From positions 1 through 57,974 of the forward strand of contig JAPLDY010000033.1 in NCBI GenBank assembly GCA_026391595.1: 57,974 bases of DNA. The letters run 5' to 3'. Below, piece by piece: positions 10,290-18,217 of this stretch (positions are counted from its first letter, which is position 1; every line of letters starts with the position of its first letter). The notes beneath the pieces are model-generated. The model was not told where the DNA came from. It searched no databases and worked only from the letters and a program-made list of their open reading frames with translations. Origin of the DNA: Bacteroidia bacterium (GTDB lineage Bacteria; Bacteroidota; Bacteroidia; Bacteroidales; VadinHA17). Made by a program: the position numbers and the translations under genes.

Positions 10290-10928
10290 ATGAAAAAATG
10301 TCTCCTTTTGTTAGGAATCCTGCTCATTGCAGGTAAAATGCCGGCTCAGTATAATGAAGTCCTGAGAAACAAGATCATTGATCTCAAAACTATTGTCGAT
10401 GCAAAAACTCTGACTTATTACGGATTGGACTTTTCACTTTTGAAGTATGTGAGACCAAAAGCTTCATCAAGCGATGATGAACTTAGAAAATACCTGGGTG
10501 CCTGGTTCGAATTCTACCAGAAGGAAATCCCTCCGAGGAATTATCTTTTCAGGTGGCTGGGATTCAAGCATTATAACTTTGATTCAAACTCCGTTCAAAG
10601 CAGGATCGATTCTGTGGCAAAAGACTGGGTGGTGATAACAACGCCTGAAGTTGAGATGGAAGATATTGCTTTAGCGATAGGATCCTTTAACCTGAAAGCC
10701 GACAGTGGTCTGGGATTTGTAATCCATCCTGTTGAATTCAACCACATTGAAGAGAATGCAAAATGTTATTTTACCTTCTTCGATATAGCCACAAGAAAGA
10801 TATTGTGGATAACTGAAACGACTGGAAATATCAATGGAAACGGGACATCCCAGTGGTACGGACTTGCAATGGTTGAATGCACGAGAAATTATATCGACCA
10901 GGTTTATAAAAAGAATATTAAAAAATAA
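10290..10928 (+). CDS. secreted hypothetical protein
   Basis: 212-aa ORF with signal peptide MKKCLLLLGILLIAGKMPAQ. No recognisable motif. Confidence 0.65.
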   Translation: MKKCLLLLGILLIAGKMPAQYNEVLRNKIIDLKTIVDAKTLTYYGLDFSLLKYVRPKASSSDDELRKYLGAWFEFYQKEIPPRNYLFRWLGFKHYNFDSNSVQSRIDSVAKDWVVITTPEVEMEDIALAIGSFNLKADSGLGFVIHPVEFNHIEENAKCYFTFFDIATRKILWITETTGNINGNGTSQWYGLAMVECTRNYIDQVYKKNIKK

Positions 10929-10946
10929 AATTAATGATTGAGTGAG

Positions 10947-10993
10947 AAAAAAGAGTGAAGTGCTCGCTCTCGCTCACACTCTCACTCTTTTTT
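10947..10993. terminator. bidirectional rho-independent terminator
   Basis: AAAAAAGAGTGA (10947-10958) pairs perfectly with TCACTCTTTTTT (10982-10993). This gives an A-run, stem and T-run between the + strand gene ending at 10928 and the 3' end of the - strand tRNA-Leu. Confidence 0.6.
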
Positions 10994-10995
10994 AG

Positions 10996-11079
10996 TACCC
11001 GGAGGGGGAATTGAACCCCCACGATATTGCTATCACTGGTGTTTGAGACCAGCGCGTCTACCAATTCCGCCATCCGGGC
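10996..11079 (-). tRNA. tRNA-Leu (anticodon CAA), class II with long variable arm
   Basis: The reverse complement GCCCGGATGGCGGAATTGGTAGACGCGCTGGTCTCAAACACCAGTGATAGCAATATCGTGGGGGTTCAATTCCCCCTCCGGGTA folds as a cloverleaf. Anticodon stem is CTGGT/ACCAG with loop CTCAAAC, and the T arm is GGGGG-TTCAATT-CCCCC. Pair 1-72 is a G-U wobble. CCA is not encoded. Confidence 0.85.
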
Positions 11080-11183
11080 ATTAATAGAATCTTGTTAATA
11101 TCTTTAATTTCAATCATTTATAAGAACACTGCCAATCGGTCAGAATGGTGGAATTGGCCACCACTGCAGGCTGGCTCCTTGCT

Positions 11184-11205
11184 AAAAACACCCACCGGGT
11201 GTTTT
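11184..11205. terminator. hairpin terminator, probably ending the DUF1080 transcript on the - strand
   Basis: AAAAACACCC-ACC-GGGTGTTTT has a stem flanked by an A-run and a T-run. It lies about 110 nt downstream of the - strand stop at 11316. Confidence 0.45.
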
Positions 11206-11306
11206 CTTAACGCTCGGCCCTGCCATCCGGGCAAAAATTGTCCTGCAGGTTTTGCAGTCATGCAGTCTTGAATGGCACCGCAAATATAAAATATTTATTG
11301 GATTTG

Positions 11307-11333
11307 AAGCCCCCTTCAGGGGGTGGGGGGCTT
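11307..11333. repeat. GC-rich hairpin of the GCCCCC-TNNA-GGGGG type
   Basis: In AAGCCCCCTTCAGGGGGTGGGGGGCTT, AAGCCCCC pairs with GGGGGCTT. It overlaps the stop and the last codons (KPPTP*) of the DUF1080 gene. Similar hairpins occur at 51076-51091 and 51132-51147. Confidence 0.6.
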
Positions 11334-12119
11334 TAGTTTCAATAATTCTACTTTCCTGAACTCCACAGGGTGGCTTTCAGCCTGAAGGCAGATATATCCT
11401 TCTTTCAGCAATGTTCCATCAGGTACCGGATAATTTTCCGGTTTGTTTGTCCCGCCAACCTGAGGTCCGGAATAAGTAAGAACTGTGTCTCCCTCAATTA
11501 TATGATGAATGATGCTGTCACCAAGAACAACAAATTCAGCATGCACCCAAACATCTCCGTGGTAAGTCTTTGAAGTTGAATTCGTACAGTGCTGTGTGAT
11601 TAATTTTCCGTCCATTACTATATTAGTGCCGGGGGTGCAAACATTGCCTGTGGGGCGTTCGGAAACGCCATCTCCACCAAGGAGCTGAGCCTCAATCGAT
11701 ACAGGGAAATCCTGGTCAAGGAGCATAGAAGCTGCCGGTTGGGAATGAAGCATCGCTCCGCTGTTCCTGAAAGCCCAGGAGGGTCCTCCCGGGGTCTGAT
11801 CACCTGTAAAACGGTATTCTATCCTCAGTTTGTAGTACGAGAAAGGCTCCTTGTAAAAAATGTGTCCGAATTCATTGTTAAAAGTATCATACTGATCATA
11901 ACAAACTTTCATGATACCGTCCTCTGCCCTGAAGGTGTTTTTATAGTTTTCATTAAGGCGAGAACCCTTGATTTTAATGTCCCATCCGGTGAGATCCTTG
12001 CCGTTGAACAGCTGTATCCAGTTTTCCTTTTCAGGTTTCTTATTAATGCAGGAAACTGCAAAAATCAGTAATACAACTAATAGAGATGCTTTCTTCATAA
12101 TCTGAATAATTTTAATCAC
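11316..12119 (-). CDS. DUF1080 (3-keto-disaccharide hydrolase-like) domain protein
   Basis: WIQLFNGKDLTGWDIK near the N-terminus and HPVEFRKVELL near the C-terminus are hallmarks of the DUF1080 family. Lipoprotein-like signal LIFAVSC. The true start may be the MKKASLL Met at 12098. Confidence 0.8.
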   Translation of the reverse strand: MIKIIQIMKKASLLVVLLIFAVSCINKKPEKENWIQLFNGKDLTGWDIKIKGSRLNENYKNTFRAEDGIMKVCYDQYDTFNNEFGHIFYKEPFSYYKLRIEYRFTGDQTPGGPSWAFRNSGAMLHSQPAASMLLDQDFPVSIEAQLLGGDGVSERPTGNVCTPGTNIVMDGKLITQHCTNSTSKTYHGDVWVHAEFVVLGDSIIHHIIEGDTVLTYSGPQVGGTNKPENYPVPDGTLLKEGYICLQAESHPVEFRKVELLKLKPPTP

Positions 12120-12126
12120 AAAGTAT

Positions 12127-14055
12127 CTATGCCGTTGTGCCGTTGCGCCCCTGCACCGTTGAGCCTACCATTTCCCTGATCGTCTTTTCAATCCCTGACA
12201 TATCATATCCGCACTCCCTGTGAAGTTCTTCCTGGCTGCCCTGTTCAACAAAATAATCGGGGATACCAAGTCTCTTAACATCAGCAACATATCGGTTGTC
12301 GCACATGAATTCAATCACCGCACTGCCAAATCCGCCCTTGAGGACGCCATCCTCCACAGTGATGATCTTTTTGAATTTTTTAAATACAGAATGAAGGACT
12401 TCAGTATCAAGAGGCGCGACAAATCTCATATCGTAATGCATGACAGAAATGGACTCATTTTTAAGCTTCCTGATAACTGCTGCAACATCATTTCCCGGGT
12501 GACCGATACTAAGAACGGCAATATCATTACCCTCACTGATCAGACGAGCCTTCCCCAATTCTATTTCTTCGAAAGGATTCTCCCAGTCGTAAATGGCGCT
12601 GGTACCTCTGGGATAACGTATCGAAAAAGGTTTATTATTTTTTTCAAGCTGGGCTGTGTACATAAGGTTCCTCAGCTCTACGGAATCCATAGGGGCACTG
12701 ACTATCATGTTGGGAATGGACCGCATAAAGGCAAGATCAAAAAAGCCATGATGCGTTGCGCCGTCTGAACCTACAAGTCCTCCCCTGTCTATACAGAATA
12801 CCACATGCAGATTCTGAAGGGCAACGTCGTGGATCAACTGGTCGTAAGCTCTCTGAATGAATGATGAATAAATATTGCAATAAGGGATCATGCCTTGTGT
12901 GGCCAGACCTGCGGAGAATGTCACTGCATGCTGTTCGGCGATCCCGACATCAAATGTCCGTTCGGGAAATTCCTTCATCATGATGCAGAGAGAACAGCCG
13001 GTAGGCATAGCCGGTGTAATACCGGCAATCTTCTCATTAATCCTTGCGAGTTCAACAATCGTCTTTCCAAAAACTTCCTGGTAGAGCGGAGGCGTGCCCT
13101 CGCCGTTAGTGCTTATCAGCTCTCCTGTTTCCTTGTCGAATTTTCCCGGGGCATGAAATGCCGTTTGATTTTCCTCTGCCTGTTTAAAGCCTTTTCCTTT
13201 GACGGTAATGCAATGCAGAAGTTTGGGGCCGGATATTCTCCGGATGTCTTTGAGCACTTTTGTCATGTGCATGACATCGTGCCCGTCGATAGGCCCGAAA
13301 TACCTGAAGCCCATGCCTTCAAACAGGTTGCTTTTGTCGAGTATCGTGCTTTTAAAACCGGCTTCAAGCTGAGCGGCCAGGGTGCGTGCTCTTGGTCCAA
13401 CTTTTCCTGCCCTTCCAAGGAAATTCCAGACCTTATCCTTGAACTTATTATATGACTTGCTGGTTGTAATATCGATAAGATATTCCTTCAGTGCCCCAAC
13501 ATTGGGATCAATAGCTATATTGTTATCATTGAGAATAACAAGAAGGTCTGATTTTTCACTACCAGCATTGTTAAGTCCTTCGAAAGCTTCTCCCGCAGTC
13601 ATGGCGCCATCTCCGATGATTGCAACAACCTGTCTGTTTTCTCCCTTGCGCTTTGCGGCGACTGCTATTCCCAGCGCAGCCGAAATGGATGTAGATGAAT
13701 GTCCGGTCCCAAAAGCATCATACTCACTTTCCGATATTTTTGGAAATCCGCTGATCCCCTTGTATTTTCTGTTAGTATCAAATACCTCACGCCTTCCGGT
13801 CAGTATCTTGTGTCCATATGCCTGATGACCGACATCCCATATAATTTTGTCGTAGGGAGTATTGAATACGTAATGAAGGGCGACAGTCAGTTCCACTACG
13901 CCAAGACTCGCCCCTAAATGACCGGGATTACTGCTCACGGAATCGATGATGAACTGACGGAGCTCTGAACAAACCTTCACAAGCGCTACCTCGTCAAGCT
14001 TCCTCAGATCTTCGGGAGTATTGATATGTGACAGGAGGCTCTCTTCCGTGTTCAT
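12127..14055 (-). CDS. dxs: 1-deoxy-D-xylulose-5-phosphate synthase
   Basis: Full-length match to the Dxs pattern (GHLGASLGVVELTVALHYVF, WDVGHQAYGHKILTGRR, IGDGAMTAGEAFEGLNNAG, GIAEQHAVTFSAGLA). The start is set at ATG 14055 (MNTEES...) because a TATATTTG -7 box lies at 14074-14081, inside the longer ORF. Confidence 0.93.
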   Translation of the reverse strand: MNTEESLLSHINTPEDLRKLDEVALVKVCSELRQFIIDSVSSNPGHLGASLGVVELTVALHYVFNTPYDKIIWDVGHQAYGHKILTGRREVFDTNRKYKGISGFPKISESEYDAFGTGHSSTSISAALGIAVAAKRKGENRQVVAIIGDGAMTAGEAFEGLNNAGSEKSDLLVILNDNNIAIDPNVGALKEYLIDITTSKSYNKFKDKVWNFLGRAGKVGPRARTLAAQLEAGFKSTILDKSNLFEGMGFRYFGPIDGHDVMHMTKVLKDIRRISGPKLLHCITVKGKGFKQAEENQTAFHAPGKFDKETGELISTNGEGTPPLYQEVFGKTIVELARINEKIAGITPAMPTGCSLCIMMKEFPERTFDVGIAEQHAVTFSAGLATQGMIPYCNIYSSFIQRAYDQLIHDVALQNLHVVFCIDRGGLVGSDGATHHGFFDLAFMRSIPNMIVSAPMDSVELRNLMYTAQLEKNNKPFSIRYPRGTSAIYDWENPFEEIELGKARLISEGNDIAVLSIGHPGNDVAAVIRKLKNESISVMHYDMRFVAPLDTEVLHSVFKKFKKIITVEDGVLKGGFGSAVIEFMCDNRYVADVKRLGIPDYFVEQGSQEELHRECGYDMSGIEKTIREMVGSTVQGRNGTTA

Positions 14056-14073
14056 TAATGTTGAAATAATCTG

Positions 14074-14081
14074 CAAATATA
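14074..14081 (-). promoter_or_regulatory. Bacteroidetes-type -7 box (TAnnTTTG) for dxs
   Basis: The - strand reads TATATTTG, 19 nt upstream of the dxs ATG. Confidence 0.5.
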
Positions 14082-14173
14082 GCAATTATTATTCCCCTGT
14101 GGCTGCTGAAGCATCTGCAGGATTTTCTTAATTTAGCACCAGAAAAGGTTTGTATTTAAAATAATCTGCAATC

Positions 14174-15187
14174 ATGAAAAGAAAGATTTTCCATGCAATT
14201 GTTACATTACTGATTACTCTTGTCGCAATATCATGCGTACCGGGGAAGAAGTACAAAACACTCCAGGATACCAGCAGGCAATACATGGATGAGAGAGACC
14301 AATTCAAAACCGACAATATAGGTCTTGATATGGCCAACAGGGAACTCGAGTCAAAGATGGCAGTGCTTGAGAAGCAACTTGGCACTGTTAAAGAAGATAT
14401 ATCAAAAGCCCAGGGTGATCGCGACAAGGCAATTGATGAATATAACAGGATCTCCTCAAAATATACAGAGCTTCAGAATGCACAGGAAGATCTTATCCGC
14501 GGCAATGTCAAGGAGACGCAGGATCTTCTTACAGAGCTTCAGGCTGCCCAGAAAAACCTGCAGGAAAAAGAAGACATTATGCGTCAGCTTGAGCAAACTC
14601 TTGATACTAAAAAATCTTCACTCGATGAACTTACTTTTGAGCTGGAAAAGCGTAATGCAAGGCTTGTTGAGCTGGAGAAGATTCTCGATGCCCAGAAAAA
14701 AATCGCACAGGATCTAAAGAATAAAGTTTCAGATGCACTTCTTGGGTTTGAAAACAACGGGCTGACAGTTACCAATAAAAACGGAAAGGTATATGTGTCG
14801 CTCGACGAGAAGCTGTTGTTCAAAACCGCAAGCTGGGATATAGATGCCAACGGTAAATCCGCATTAAAAAAGCTTGCAGGTGTACTGGAGAAAAACCCCG
14901 GTATTCAGATAACAATTGAAGGACATACCGACAATGTACCATATAAGCCCTCTGCCAGTGAGTTGAATGATAACTGGGATCTGAGCGTAAAAAGAGCCAC
15001 AACGGTTGTCCGCGTATTACTCGAAGGATCGAAAATTGATCCTGAACGTCTTACCGCCGCAGGGCGCAGCGAATATCTTCCGGTCGATTCACGCAATACT
15101 ACCGACGCCCGTCAGAAGAACAGGAGAACAGAAATCATTTTGACACCTGATCTCACAGAATTGTACAAGCTGATTGACAAGTATTAA
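14174..15187 (+). CDS. OmpA/MotB-family lipoprotein with central coiled coil
   Basis: Lipoprotein signal (LVAISC) and a long heptad-rich Q/E/K/L segment. C-terminal OmpA peptidoglycan-binding motifs are present (ITIEGHTDNVPY, NWDLSVKRATTVVRVLL, NRRTEIIL). Confidence 0.85.
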   Translation: MKRKIFHAIVTLLITLVAISCVPGKKYKTLQDTSRQYMDERDQFKTDNIGLDMANRELESKMAVLEKQLGTVKEDISKAQGDRDKAIDEYNRISSKYTELQNAQEDLIRGNVKETQDLLTELQAAQKNLQEKEDIMRQLEQTLDTKKSSLDELTFELEKRNARLVELEKILDAQKKIAQDLKNKVSDALLGFENNGLTVTNKNGKVYVSLDEKLLFKTASWDIDANGKSALKKLAGVLEKNPGIQITIEGHTDNVPYKPSASELNDNWDLSVKRATTVVRVLLEGSKIDPERLTAAGRSEYLPVDSRNTTDARQKNRRTEIILTPDLTELYKLIDKY

Positions 15188-15195
15188 AAGCAGGC

Positions 15196-16755
15196 TTACT
15201 TATTTTCATCTGAAAACTCCTGCAATTTCACTTTCATGTTTTCAAGTGCCTGCAGGAGATTTTCTTCAGGCTTCAGGAAATCCTGATTTTCCCAGAAGAG
15301 ATAATCATAATTGGTTATTGTCTTTGAAAATACCGAATGAATGGGAGCCAGCTCTTCCTTTTCGAACCTGCTCACATTTTCTGTTCTAATACCCGTAACA
15401 GCCAGTTCAAAGAATACATTGAACTGACTTTTGAAGAGCTTTTTCTTTTTCCTGGAGATAAAAACAAGATCGCCTCTTACATGATTAAGAAAATACCTGC
15501 CATTCAGTTTCCGGTAGCTTACAGAATATTTCACCGTCACAGGCCAGGTGTCAAAACCATGTAATGAGCTTGTGACAAAAGATTCCTTCATCTTTTGAAT
15601 ATACCTGGGATGAAGTTCGAAATCAGCATTTAACAAAGCATAATCATCAGTGTTTATATACATTGTTCCTCTGAAGAGCGGCAGGTCAATGCCTTCACGC
15701 TGTTCAAAATCAATAACATAGGCAGATTCATTGTCTGTCATAACAATGTCGGTTATTCTGTAGGAATACTCCGGCATGTTATCACTTTTCATGAAATCAA
15801 AATTGTTCCTCATGCCGTCAAGGTCGAGGCAGGTGCTTAATCCGGCTTTAAGCCTTATTGCAAGAGTATCGTCTAATGATGTGTTCTCTATCTTCCGGCT
15901 TTTATATATTTTAACCTGATCGTTCAGAAGGGTGTTTGAGTAGGAACTTTTATATATCTGAAGAATGGCTTCAGAATATATCTGCAACTCCTCTTTCTTC
16001 ATGACACCTTCCCTGTAAAAGCAGGTAAGAATTGCAGGTGTATTTCCATAATTCTTTTGAATTGAAGCAACACATTTTTGAATAATTTCCTGGGGCACAT
16101 GCGTCCTTATAATGATTTCAGGGATAGAAATAAAATCGCGGATAAGGCTGATATCAAAGTTATTACCGATGGCCTGCTCTATGGGGATCTCTCTTCTGAT
16201 ATACCCGAGATACGAGACAGAGATCGTATCAGGAAGTGATTCACGTGTAATTTTTAATCCGAATTCACCTCGTGCATTTGAGACCATTCCCTTTCCCTTG
16301 TCCTTTATGACCACTGTCGCAAAGGGCAGTGGCTCTTTCGTTTCAGCATCAGAAATAATACCTGAGATGTAAAATACTTCTTCAGGAGTTTCTGAGTCAG
16401 ACTTTACAAATGGAGAAGGCAGCGCCCTGGAAATTATTATATATTTATCGATTAATGTGTAAACCAGCGAATCACTCTGCAGGATGCTGTCGAGAATGAC
16501 TTCAAGCCGGAGCCTGGTGAATGTAAGATCTGTCTTATTTTCTGTATTTACCAGACGACTGTCGTAAGTGAAATTGTAACCGGTCTGTCGGGTTATTATG
16601 TTCAGGGCTGAGCCTGTTCTGACCACCCCGGCCCTGAAGGTAAAAAGCGAATCAAGGATGTTTTCCTGCCCGACTGCTGCCTGATTACAGGTAAGCAGTA
16701 TTATCAATGCAACGGCAGAGATTCTCCTGACCATATAGCCATTGACCGGGCCCAT
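15196..16755 (-). CDS. STN-like + CarboxypepD_reg-like domain protein lacking a TonB-dependent barrel; paralog of 18218..19531
   Basis: Signal peptide, then an STN-like segment (FTFRAGVVRTGSALNIITRQTGYNFTYDSRLV...LVYTLIDKYIIIS). Next is a CarboxypepD_reg-like segment (ISGIISDAETKEPLPFATVVIKDKGKGMVSNARGEFGLKI). The following ~330 aa are colinear with the 437-aa paralog (FYRE..., IYKSRK, YVIDF, DLPLFRGTMYI, YAL). At 519 aa it is too short for plug plus barrel. Confidence 0.8.
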   Translation of the reverse strand: MGPVNGYMVRRISAVALIILLTCNQAAVGQENILDSLFTFRAGVVRTGSALNIITRQTGYNFTYDSRLVNTENKTDLTFTRLRLEVILDSILQSDSLVYTLIDKYIIISRALPSPFVKSDSETPEEVFYISGIISDAETKEPLPFATVVIKDKGKGMVSNARGEFGLKITRESLPDTISVSYLGYIRREIPIEQAIGNNFDISLIRDFISIPEIIIRTHVPQEIIQKCVASIQKNYGNTPAILTCFYREGVMKKEELQIYSEAILQIYKSSYSNTLLNDQVKIYKSRKIENTSLDDTLAIRLKAGLSTCLDLDGMRNNFDFMKSDNMPEYSYRITDIVMTDNESAYVIDFEQREGIDLPLFRGTMYINTDDYALLNADFELHPRYIQKMKESFVTSSLHGFDTWPVTVKYSVSYRKLNGRYFLNHVRGDLVFISRKKKKLFKSQFNVFFELAVTGIRTENVSRFEKEELAPIHSVFSKTITNYDYLFWENQDFLKPEENLLQALENMKVKLQEFSDENK

Positions 16756-16769
16756 TATCCAGAGGCAGG

Positions 16770-17678
16770 TTATTTTTTTGACAGATGGTAAACATTACCA
16801 TCCTTCGAATAACTTAGGTTAAAGCTAGTACAAATTAAGCGAATAATTGTATCTCTCGACTGGATATCGATCGGAGAAGTCCATGTATTATCAAGGATCG
16901 ATGGATCATCGGCTTTAATATCCATATTATATACGCGCTTCAGGTCACTGAATACAATATGCAGAGTCTGTCCGTTGTACTCAAGTTTTTCTGTGTTCCA
17001 CGACATATAATTTGGATCCTGGTTCAATGTCTTTCCTGAACGATTGGAATCCATCGTCCCTATGTCACCAGGCACAAGTGTAAGGTCGCGTTTGCCTGAA
17101 TTATCATAAAGCATAACTTTCCCTGAAGTTACAAACACCTCGACTTCTGAAACAGCATTGTCTGTTATAACATTAAAAGAAGTTCCGACGACTTTTACAC
17201 TTGCTTTTCCGGCATCTATTGTAAATGGTTTGGATACATCAGCAGAGATTTCAAAGAATGCCTCTCCGGTGAGGGAAACCTGCCTGCTCTTTTTTCCGAA
17301 GTTTGAAAGATATGTAAGCTTCGTGTTCCGGTTTAAGGTAATAAAGCTTCCATCCGGAAGTGATACAATCTGATTCTTCTGATCATCGCCGGTGGATGCA
17401 ATGATCGTTTTGCTCAAAGAGTCGCTGTTCACTATGTATATTGATCCAATGCCGAGGCCTATCAGGACCAGGATTCCAGCGGCTATCTTCATGAACATGC
17501 TCCTGAAAAAAACCTGACTGTCAGTGTTTAATAATAGCGTAGCTGGCTCTTTATCCATTCTCGAATAGACTTTATTCCAGGCCCTGTCGATATCAATTTC
17601 CCTTGTATCTGACACCCCGGGAGCAAGTTTTTCCAGCTCCATGCCGATCAATTTCTCTTTGTTAGTTTTTTCTTTCAT
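16770..17678 (-). CDS. FecR-family anti-sigma factor
   Basis: Cytoplasmic N-terminus and a single TM segment (IAAGILVLIGLGIGSIYIV). Periplasmic FecR-type domain (FTIDAGKASVKVVGTSFNV). Starts 2 nt after the sigma factor gene ends. Confidence 0.88.
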   Translation of the reverse strand: MKEKTNKEKLIGMELEKLAPGVSDTREIDIDRAWNKVYSRMDKEPATLLLNTDSQVFFRSMFMKIAAGILVLIGLGIGSIYIVNSDSLSKTIIASTGDDQKNQIVSLPDGSFITLNRNTKLTYLSNFGKKSRQVSLTGEAFFEISADVSKPFTIDAGKASVKVVGTSFNVITDNAVSEVEVFVTSGKVMLYDNSGKRDLTLVPGDIGTMDSNRSGKTLNQDPNYMSWNTEKLEYNGQTLHIVFSDLKRVYNMDIKADDPSILDNTWTSPIDIQSRDTIIRLICTSFNLSYSKDGNVYHLSKK

Positions 17679-17680
17679 TT

Positions 17681-18217
17681 TTACTTTAGTGCTTTTCTGA
17701 ATTCCTTAAGCGCCCGCCCCATATTGGCTTCCACCGTTTTAACAGAGACGGATAGCTTTTCTGCTATCTCTGTATATCTTAATCCCTCAAACCTGTTCAT
17801 GCAGAATATCTGTCCGCATCTTTCCGGCAGCTTTTCAATTACCTTTGCGATTTTCTGCTGCAACTCGTTGTACTGAATTATATCCAGGGGACTTTCTGTC
17901 ATTTCTGTCTCCCTGTATACCATTTCCCTGGCATGTTTGTCGACCACCCTCGAATGGCTTAGCCAATGGAGACAGCGATTATGTACCGCCCTGAAGAGAT
18001 AACCGTTTAAAGAACTTTCTATTTTTATTTTTTGTCTGTCCTGCCAGAGCCTGAAAAAAAGGTCCTGAACAATTTCTTCTGCCGTATCATGATCCTGAAT
18101 TATTGTTTTAGCATATCGAACCAGTGAAACATAGGAGGATCTGAAAAGTGATTCGAACTGTCCTTTATCACCCTGCCGGATCCTCCTTATTATTTCATTG
18201 TCCCTGATCATAGGCAT
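17681..18217 (-). CDS. ECF-type RNA polymerase sigma-70 factor
   Basis: Region 2 (DTAEEIVQDLFFRLWQ) and region 4 HTH (LRYTEIAEKLSVSVKTVEANMGRALKEF). 178 aa. Confidence 0.9.
   Translation of the reverse strand: MPMIRDNEIIRRIRQGDKGQFESLFRSSYVSLVRYAKTIIQDHDTAEEIVQDLFFRLWQDRQKIKIESSLNGYLFRAVHNRCLHWLSHSRVVDKHAREMVYRETEMTESPLDIIQYNELQQKIAKVIEKLPERCGQIFCMNRFEGLRYTEIAEKLSVSVKTVEANMGRALKEFRKALK

Noticed and set aside
11182-11290. Possible SRP (4.5S) RNA or other known ncRNA between the DUF1080 gene and tRNA-Leu
   Set aside because: The segment CCCGGAUGGCAGGGCC superficially resembles the 3' side of SRP domain IV. However, the 5' partner with the GGAA tetraloop and AGCA motif is absent. The hairpin with T-run is more simply the DUF1080 terminator. 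It is kept only as a low-interest note in the tRNA-Leu finding.
10996-11316. Integrated prophage or genomic island at the tRNA genes (also 47368..47814)
   Set aside because: The duplications involve the tRNA 5' ends and enclose only 54-153 bp. No integrase, excisionase or cargo genes are present on either side.
14056-14085. Longer dxs start (MLYLQIISTL...) given by the ORF track
   Set aside because: The extra 10 codons are non-conserved and contain the TATATTTG -7 box at 14074-14081. The ATG at 14055 gives the canonical Dxs N-terminus.
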